In this document: piece by piece, positions 26,619-32,000 of the stretch
Position numbering within the stretch: the first letter of the stretch is position 1
Layout of the letters: each line of letters begins with the position of its first letter
Position numbers and translations under genes: made by a program
Notes under the pieces: model-generated
What the model saw: only the letters and a program-made list of their open reading frames with translations
Databases searched by the model: none
Told to the model about the DNA's origin: nothing
From: Candidatus Electrothrix sp. GW3-4
GTDB taxonomy: Bacteria; Desulfobacterota; Desulfobulbia; Desulfobulbales; Desulfobulbaceae
Direction of reading: 5' to 3'
DNA: 32,000 bases
NCBI RefSeq assembly: GCF_037902255.1
Contig: NZ_CP147990.1
Span: 1,410,001 to 1,442,000 of the forward strand

Positions 26619-26731
26619 AGCAAAGCTCCGGGGAAGCACCTCACCGCCCCCTTGGAGTAGGGGCGGTTATTATCTCTGTTTTTTTTATAAAAGTACCGAC
26701 GACTCCTTGGATTCGTGCGAGCAATTTTCAT
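26615..26731 (-). CDS. Mini-ORF A (38 codons) inside repeat copy A; its stop overlaps the RapZ-CTD ATG as ATGA
   Basis: My own translation: MKIARTNPRSRRYFYKKNRDNNRPYSKGAVRCFPGALL*. The TGA at 26617-26615 overlaps the ATG at 26618-26616. Whether it is translated is unknown. Confidence 0.3.
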   Translation of the reverse strand: MKIARTNPRSRRYFYKKNRDNNRPYSKGAVRCFPGALL

Positions 26732-26859
26732 ATGTTGTTATCCCGGCCCGGCTGGGCCGGGATGGAAGTTATATGAAAGTAGCGACGATTCCTTGGAGTC
26801 GTTCGATCACCTTTCATGCTTTGTTGTCCCTCCCCAGAGAGGGAGGGATGGGCGTTATA
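26687..26859. repeat. Tandem duplication with an 86-bp period, two copies, each ending in a 22-nt hairpin
   Basis: My ungapped hand alignment of 26687-26765 against 26773-26851 gives 59/79 identities. The hairpins are tcccggccc-ggct-gggccggga (26741-26762) and tccctccc-cagaga-gggaggga (26827-26848). A gttata motif follows both copies. Confidence 0.85.
26728..26817 (-). CDS. Mini-ORF B (29 codons) inside repeat copy B; its stop overlaps the mini-ORF A ATG as ATGA
   Basis: My own translation: MKGDRTTPRNRRYFHITSIPAQPGRDNNI*. GGGGAGGGA (the 3' arm of the copy-B hairpin) ends 9 nt upstream of the ATG at 26817. The TGA at 26730-26728 overlaps the ATG at 26731-26729. Confidence 0.3.
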   Translation of the reverse strand: MKGDRTTPRNRRYFHITSIPAQPGRDNNI

Positions 26860-26861
26860 CC

Positions 26862-28643
26862 TTAGGAGGATGAACAAAGTAACCGGATATCCTCGGCCTT
26901 TTCACTAATTCCCCGCTTCAGTACTTCATGGTTGTACACAGAAATCACGTCTCTTCGCTTGAGTTTTCCGACAACCCATTGCTCCTCCATACTTTCCACT
27001 ACTGGAATCTCTTCTATCCCCTTGACGTCAAAGAGCTGCATCGCATCAAAGAGGTTATGATCAGGTGTCAGGGTGATGACATCGCGGCTGCAAATGGCAC
27101 CGACCAGATGACAGCAGCGTTGTTCCTCGTCATGCAAGATTGTTTTTACATCCTGCATGGAAACGACACCAACCATCTGCCCTTCATGATCAACAACGGG
27201 AAAGTAGAGAGAGTCCTTGGCAATGGCAAAGAGGTCCAGCAGATTATTAATATTAGCAGTCTCGCTGATAAAATCAACATCTTCACTGATCGCCTTACCC
27301 ACACGAATAGATTTCAGGATCGCCACCTCCCTTCCTTCGTGGATATTGATTCCGTCGCGGGTAAAATCTACCGTGTCGATAGAGTCACTGTAGAATTTAC
27401 TGGCCGTCACTGTCCCCACAATGGCGGTCAGCATCACCGGGACGATAATCATATAATTCCCTGTCATCTCGACAAGAAGAAAGATAGCGGTCATGGGGGC
27501 ATGGGTTGAGGCGGCCAGAAAGGCCCCGATACCGATCGTGGCATAGGCTCCTGGTGTGGCAGTCATGTTCGGCAGAGCGGCATGGACTATACCGCCAAAG
27601 GCCCCGCCAATAACGGCACCGATAAACAGGGCCGGGGCAAATACGCCTCCAGCTCCTCCAGAGCCAAGGGTTATGGCCGTGGCCACTGATTTCAAGGCGA
27701 TCAGGGCCAGCATGACCCAGACGATTCCGTCCCCTGCCAGCACCTGTTCGACATATTCATACCCGTCTCCCATAACTTGGGGGAAAACGATCCCTATGCT
27801 GCCCACCAGAAAGGCGCCGATAATGGGCTTTGCGTGTTCAGGAATAGAGAGCTTGCGAAATCTGTCCCTGATAAAGTAAAAGAAACGGATATGGGCTACC
27901 GCAAGAAGACCTATAAGCAGGGCCATGACAGCATATAGCGGGATTTCTACGAGTGGGTTGACCATATGATAGTCAGGGATAGGAAAGGCAGCTACTTTGC
28001 CGTAATAGGCTCTGGAGACCACGGTCGCCATGGCTGAGGCAACAACCAGGGCAGAAAAGGAAGAGATCTTGTAGGTGCCGAGCAGGATAATTTCTGCGGC
28101 AAAAAAAATACCGGCAAGAGGAGCATTAAAGATACCTGCAATGGCACCGGCGCTGCCAGCAGCAATATAAACCTTCATGCGAGCGCCTGAGACCCGGAGT
28201 CGTTGTCCGAACTGGGACCCAAGAGCCCCACCGATCTGTGCCGTTGGTCCTTCCACGCCTGCGGAGTTTCCTGAGCCGATGGTGATGGCTGTTGCGGCTA
28301 TTTTGATAAAAATATTACGGGCATTAATGACACCGTTTTCCAGATTGACCCGGCGGAGAAACTTGGTGAACCCGTATCCGTTGACCTTGCCAGGAAAGAA
28401 CCAGGACAGGGGGATGAGCAGGACCATACCTGCCATAGGAATGAGGGGAAGGAGGAGTCTCCGCCAGCCTCCCTCATGGATACGAAGGAGCTCTGAGCCA
28501 TGCTCAAAAATATATGTATGAACGAGTTCAACTGATTCGCGAAAAATAATAATCACACCACCGGCCAAGAGACCGATAACAGCAGCTGTAATAATGACAG
28601 CTGTGTTTTCGCCTGGTATAAAATCTTTTAATTTACTATGCAT
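26862..28643 (-). CDS. ClC-family chloride/proton channel-transporter with a C-terminal CBS pair
   Basis: ClC selectivity-filter regions are present: GSGNSAGVEGP, GIFNAPLAG and GGVFAPALFIGA. There are more than 10 TM segments and a CBS-type C-terminal region of about 140 aa. The ATG at 28643 (MHSKLKDF) has GGAGAGGAA just upstream. The track's start at 28664 is rejected. Confidence 0.85.
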   Translation of the reverse strand: MHSKLKDFIPGENTAVIITAAVIGLLAGGVIIIFRESVELVHTYIFEHGSELLRIHEGGWRRLLLPLIPMAGMVLLIPLSWFFPGKVNGYGFTKFLRRVNLENGVINARNIFIKIAATAITIGSGNSAGVEGPTAQIGGALGSQFGQRLRVSGARMKVYIAAGSAGAIAGIFNAPLAGIFFAAEIILLGTYKISSFSALVVASAMATVVSRAYYGKVAAFPIPDYHMVNPLVEIPLYAVMALLIGLLAVAHIRFFYFIRDRFRKLSIPEHAKPIIGAFLVGSIGIVFPQVMGDGYEYVEQVLAGDGIVWVMLALIALKSVATAITLGSGGAGGVFAPALFIGAVIGGAFGGIVHAALPNMTATPGAYATIGIGAFLAASTHAPMTAIFLLVEMTGNYMIIVPVMLTAIVGTVTASKFYSDSIDTVDFTRDGINIHEGREVAILKSIRVGKAISEDVDFISETANINNLLDLFAIAKDSLYFPVVDHEGQMVGVVSMQDVKTILHDEEQRCCHLVGAICSRDVITLTPDHNLFDAMQLFDVKGIEEIPVVESMEEQWVVGKLKRRDVISVYNHEVLKRGISEKAEDIRLLCSSS

Positions 28644-29833
28644 TTCCTCTCCGGTACATCGCATCCAAGTTGTTCAGCTTGGTGTAGAAAAAATTTATCT
28701 GTCATCCCGGCGAGGTAATCTCTCACAAGAGCTGCCGGTGCATGGTTTGTAAGATAGCTCTCTGACATGGAATGCCAAAAGCTCCTTTTTGCTTTTTTCG
28801 ACAAAGACTCCCGCATGAGCTGGTCCAGGTAGTAGGAAAAGAGCTGTTCATAACAGGAGTGAATGCGCTTGAAATCCGGTTTGAAAAGTGGATTTCGATA
28901 GATTCGCTCATAGTTGAATTCTTTCAGTTCCAGGAGCGCTGTGCCAATGTTTTCGCTGAATCCGATATAATCAGAAGAAGAATTAATATCAATATCGCTT
29001 TGGCGAAGATGGGCGCTATTCGTAATGAGATCAGACACCAAGTTATGGACAATAGTTCCGTTGCTCCTGCCCAGTATTTTACCGCAGGCAGCAGGGAGAT
29101 CCTGCCGGGTGATGAGGTTCAGCTCAATGGCGTCTTCAATATCACGGCCTATATAGGCAATCGTATCAGCCAGTCGTACCAGACAGCCCTCAAGCGTCAT
29201 GGGGACGAGACGTTGCACAAAAGCATCCTTTTGTACAAGATGGTCAAAATGAGAAAAGCTTTTCTCGCGCTGCCGTGCTGGCACAAGTCGGATAAGATTC
29301 GCTTCACCGTCATGACAGAGGATCCCATCCAGGACCTGAAGGGTCAGATTCCAGCCTGTTCCTTGTTTTTCAATCCTGTCCAGGAATTGAACAGATTGAA
29401 TATTATGACGAAAACCAGGTAATCCATGAGCCTGGCAGAGGCGATCAAGGATGTGTTCCCCCTCATGGCCAAAAGGGGGATGACCAATGTCATGGCCCAG
29501 GGCAATCGCCTCGACCAGATCTTCATTCAATCCCAGGAAGCGGCCTGCTGTCCTTGCTATTCTGGAGACCAGCTGTACGTGCAGCACACGATGAGTGATG
29601 TGATCATTATCAATCAGCGAGAAAACCTGGGTTTTATCGATATAGCGGGTGTACGCCTTTGCATGAAGAATACGGTCAGCATCCTTAGCAAAGGGCTGTC
29701 GGTATCCCTGGCGACTCTCTTCTTTCCGGCGAATGCTTTCCTGGCTGAGGCAAGCAAGGGGAGATAAACGGCTTTTTTCATCTCCGGCAAGGTTCTCTCG
29801 TAAGTCAGCAAGCAGTAAACTGCCCTCTTTCAT
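28628..29833 (-). CDS. dGTPase-family HD-domain triphosphohydrolase-like protein
   Basis: FAKDADRILHAKAYTRYIDKTQVF..., THRVLHVQLVSRIART and AIALGHDIGHPPFGHEGE form the HD motif of the Dgt/dNTP triphosphohydrolase family. Its 3' end overlaps the ClC start by 16 nt. Confidence 0.8.
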   Translation of the reverse strand: MKEGSLLLADLRENLAGDEKSRLSPLACLSQESIRRKEESRQGYRQPFAKDADRILHAKAYTRYIDKTQVFSLIDNDHITHRVLHVQLVSRIARTAGRFLGLNEDLVEAIALGHDIGHPPFGHEGEHILDRLCQAHGLPGFRHNIQSVQFLDRIEKQGTGWNLTLQVLDGILCHDGEANLIRLVPARQREKSFSHFDHLVQKDAFVQRLVPMTLEGCLVRLADTIAYIGRDIEDAIELNLITRQDLPAACGKILGRSNGTIVHNLVSDLITNSAHLRQSDIDINSSSDYIGFSENIGTALLELKEFNYERIYRNPLFKPDFKRIHSCYEQLFSYYLDQLMRESLSKKAKRSFWHSMSESYLTNHAPAALVRDYLAGMTDKFFLHQAEQLGCDVPERKCIVN

Positions 29834-30203
29834 TTGCTATCCAATGTATTGGTTGGCGCCTTAGGGTACGCCAAATTTTTTAATGTAGCAAAAAAACGGT
29901 TTCCTGCAAGCTGCTTTTTTATTATTGGCATAATTGATGGTTTTACAGAAGGACCTTTTTGGTAATGGTTTGAAAGTATTATTTTCTATTGGTGTTTTCC
30001 GTAAGTCCCTTTTTTAGCCAGGTTACCTGAAGCGTCATTGATTAACATCAGGGGCCTAAAAAAGATCTATCTGTTTGACCTCTTTGGTCTTCTCGGGAAG
30101 AAATGTCGGAAAATGCTGGACGAGTCCTCGAAAAGATTTTTTAAAGAAAGGAGGACGTGAGAGCATCGCATCGAATTATCTCGATATCTGGATGAGGAGA
30201 GGG

Positions 30204-30240
30204 CCCGAAGCAGGCAGAGGCGAGGAAACCCTGCTTCGGG
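30204..30240 (-). terminator. Perfect 11-bp stem hairpin 20 nt downstream of the EF-G stop (no U-tract)
   Basis: Read directly: cccgaagcagg (30204-30214) pairs with cctgcttcggg (30230-30240) around a 15-nt loop. On the minus strand it is followed by ccctctcctc, so it is not a canonical intrinsic terminator. Confidence 0.4.
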
Positions 30241-30259
30241 AGAGGCTATAGGGAGAGGA

Positions 30260-32000
30260 TTATGCCGCCGCGTTATGCTCCGCAATAATTTTTTCAGAAA
30301 TATGTGCTGGCACCTCTTCGTAATGAGAAAACCAGACCCGGAAGGAACCGCGTCCACCGGTCATGGAGGTCAGGTCCGGGGCATAGTGCTGGATTTCGGC
30401 CTGGGGAACCTGGGCCCTGACCAGTTCGTATTTCCTGGCAGTGTCCATCCCTAAGACTCGGCCCCTCCTGGAATTGAGGTCGCCCATTATGTCACCCACA
30501 TGATCCTTATCCACCTGGATCTCCATCTCCATGATCGGCTCCAGCAGGACCGGATTGGCCTCTCTTACCCCTTTCTTAAAGGCCAGCGAGCCAGCGATTT
30601 TAAAGGCCATTTCTGAAGAGTCCACATTGTGAAAGGAACCGTCAATCAGGGTAACCTTGAGGCCCTCAAAGGGATAGCCTGCAATGACGCCTTTCTCCAT
30701 GGCCTCGAGGATACCCTTTTCCACCGCCGGACGGTATTGTTGGGGAATAACCCCACCGACAATCTTGTCGATAAATTCAAAATGCTCACCGTTATGGAGG
30801 GGCTCCAGCTCAACTGTACAGTCGCCGTACTGCCCGCGTCCGCCAGACTGTTTTTTATGTTTACCCTGGGCCGTTGCCTTGCTCTTGAGGGTCTCCCGAT
30901 AGGGAATTTGGGGCTGCGCCAGCTCCATCTCCACAGAGAACTTCCGTTTCAGCTTATCCTTCAGGGCATCAAGATGGACCTGGCCTACACCGGAAATCAG
31001 GACCTCATGGGTCTGAGGCTCACGGGTCATCTTAAGGGTAGGGTCTTCATCAAGCAGGCGCGTGAGCACAGAGAAAAGTTTTTCCTCATCTTTTTCATGG
31101 GTTGCATTAACGGCATAGGAGATGACCGCAGGCATGGGCTCAGGACGTTCATAGAGGATAGGCGCGTTCTGGTCACAGAGGGTATCGCCGGTTTCAGTCT
31201 CTTTGAGCTTTGTCACAGCGACAATCATGCCGGGAACAGCGCTGTCAATCTGTTTCTGTTCCTTGCCCTGCATGAGAAAAAGATGGCCGAAACGTTCGGC
31301 CTCCCCTTTGCTGCTATTATAAAAGCTATCCCCCTCCAAGGTGCCGGAGAGGACCCGGAAGATGGTCAGGCGACCGGCAAAGGGGTCAGCCATGGTCTTG
31401 AAGACCTGGGCAGAGAAAGGCGCATCAGTGTTTCCGGCCCGTTCAATCAGGTCCTTTGATGCCGGATCGGTTCCAATGGTTGCTGGGCGCTGATCCGGGG
31501 AGGGGAGGAGTTTGGTAACAGCATCAAGTAACAAAGAGCTGCCCGCGTTATGCAGGGCTGAACAGGGGAGGACCGGGGCAATCTTGCCCTGGCGAACCCC
31601 GGCGATCAGGCCGGAGAACAGTTCTTCCTGGGGGAGCTCTCCTTCCTCCAGGAATATTTCGATCAAATCATCATCGGTTTCCGCCACATACTCCATCATA
31701 TTTTCCCGCCGGGTCGCTGCCTCGTCTACCAGCTCTTCCGGTATCTCGCCTTGTTCAACTGAACCGTCCACTTGGAAAAAGAGGGCCTCCTGATTGATAA
31801 TATCGACCACGCCCTTGAATTCCTTTTCCTGCCCGATAGGAAGGTAGAGAACCACCGGGTTGAGATCAAACTCCTCCTTGATTTCATCCACAGTCTTTTG
31901 GAAATTGGAGCGCTCCCTGTCAATCTTGGTGATGCAGATCAGGCAGGGCAGCTGTCGATTCTGGACAAGATCGACAAAATGCTCGGTCTGATTGCGCACC
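30260..32000 (-). CDS. fusA: Elongation factor G (5' end outside the window; possibly a second EF-G paralogue)
   Basis: 579 aa are visible. The domain II-V signatures read HNVDSSEMAFKIAGSLAFKKG and MTGGRGSFRVWFSHYEEVP. The G-domain tail reads LPCLICITKIDRE. The stop is TAA at 30260-30262. Confidence 0.85.
   Translation of the reverse strand, partial: VRNQTEHFVDLVQNRQLPCLICITKIDRERSNFQKTVDEIKEEFDLNPVVLYLPIGQEKEFKGVVDIINQEALFFQVDGSVEQGEIPEELVDEAATRRENMMEYVAETDDDLIEIFLEEGELPQEELFSGLIAGVRQGKIAPVLPCSALHNAGSSLLLDAVTKLLPSPDQRPATIGTDPASKDLIERAGNTDAPFSAQVFKTMADPFAGRLTIFRVLSGTLEGDSFYNSSKGEAERFGHLFLMQGKEQKQIDSAVPGMIVAVTKLKETETGDTLCDQNAPILYERPEPMPAVISYAVNATHEKDEEKLFSVLTRLLDEDPTLKMTREPQTHEVLISGVGQVHLDALKDKLKRKFSVEMELAQPQIPYRETLKSKATAQGKHKKQSGGRGQYGDCTVELEPLHNGEHFEFIDKIVGGVIPQQYRPAVEKGILEAMEKGVIAGYPFEGLKVTLIDGSFHNVDSSEMAFKIAGSLAFKKGVREANPVLLEPIMEMEIQVDKDHVGDIMGDLNSRRGRVLGMDTARKYELVRAQVPQAEIQHYAPDLTSMTGGRGSFRVWFSHYEEVPAHISEKIIAEHNAAA

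Noticed and set aside
26644-26686. Plus-strand intrinsic terminator (ccgcccc...ggggcgg followed by a T8 run)
   Set aside because: The T-run starts 12 nt after the stem, and there is no plus-strand gene upstream to terminate. On the gene (minus) strand no U-tract follows. I interpret it as part of the structured spacer instead.
26793-26812. tRNA-like T-loop sequence (gagtcgttcgatcac)
   Set aside because: The flanking bases do not form a T-stem, and no acceptor, D or anticodon arms can be drawn. It is part of repeat copy B.
26687-26859. Possible CRISPR array
   Set aside because: There are only two copies, about 79 nt long and directly abutting. They have no unique spacers, are only about 75% identical, and no cas genes are nearby.
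30067-30357. 96-aa minus-strand ORF spanning the EF-G 3' end and the downstream hairpin
   Set aside because: It overlaps the last 98 nt of EF-G in another frame and runs through the 11-bp hairpin. Its Arg/Ser-rich composition gives no support for coding.
30629-31459. 276-aa plus-strand ORF
   Set aside because: It is antisense to the EF-G gene, whose reading frame is strongly supported by conserved EF-G blocks.

Overview
This 32-kb window is about 50% G+C by eye. It comes from a diderm (Gram-negative) bacterium, as shown by LpxB, OmpA-like domains and a lipobox lipoprotein. I cannot assign a taxon from the sequence alone. I support 23 protein-coding genes plus three low-confidence mini-ORFs. 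I saw no rRNA, tRNA, CRISPR array or classical transposase/integrase.

Gene order:
- A DUF1015 gene on the minus strand (1-1272). It is missing from the supplied ORF track because its stop codon lies outside the window.
- A small membrane protein.
- A NitT/TauT-type ABC importer: binding protein, permease and ATPase.
- A low-G+C class III Fic gene.
- An Rpn/YhgA-like PD-(D/E)XK nuclease.
- A five-gene minus-strand envelope cluster: PBP/OmpA fusion, vWA lipoprotein, second PBP/OmpA fusion, 2TM coiled-coil protein, TelA.
- A gene-free gap of about 1 kb.
- lpxB joined to a REC/HD-GYP regulator and a MASE3-like histidine kinase.
- Two convergent kinases: a REC-HK-REC hybrid and a PAS/HisKA_2 kinase.
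- A UbiB/ABC1 kinase with a phasin-like partner.
- A stand-alone RapZ C-terminal-domain protein.
- A ClC/CBS channel overlapping a dGTPase-like HD protein.
- A 5'-truncated EF-G gene.

The best candidates for undescribed biology are:
1. The TelA/vWA/PBP-OmpA trans-envelope cluster (7115-13680).
2. The ClC to RapZ-CTD spacer (26615-26861). It holds a tandem 86-bp repeat whose hairpin keeps pairing through compensatory changes. On the gene strand it reads as two mini-ORFs chained by ATGA stop/start overlaps into the RapZ-CTD start codon.
3. The Fic/Rpn accessory islet.

All functional calls rest on motifs I read in the translations. No database search was possible.
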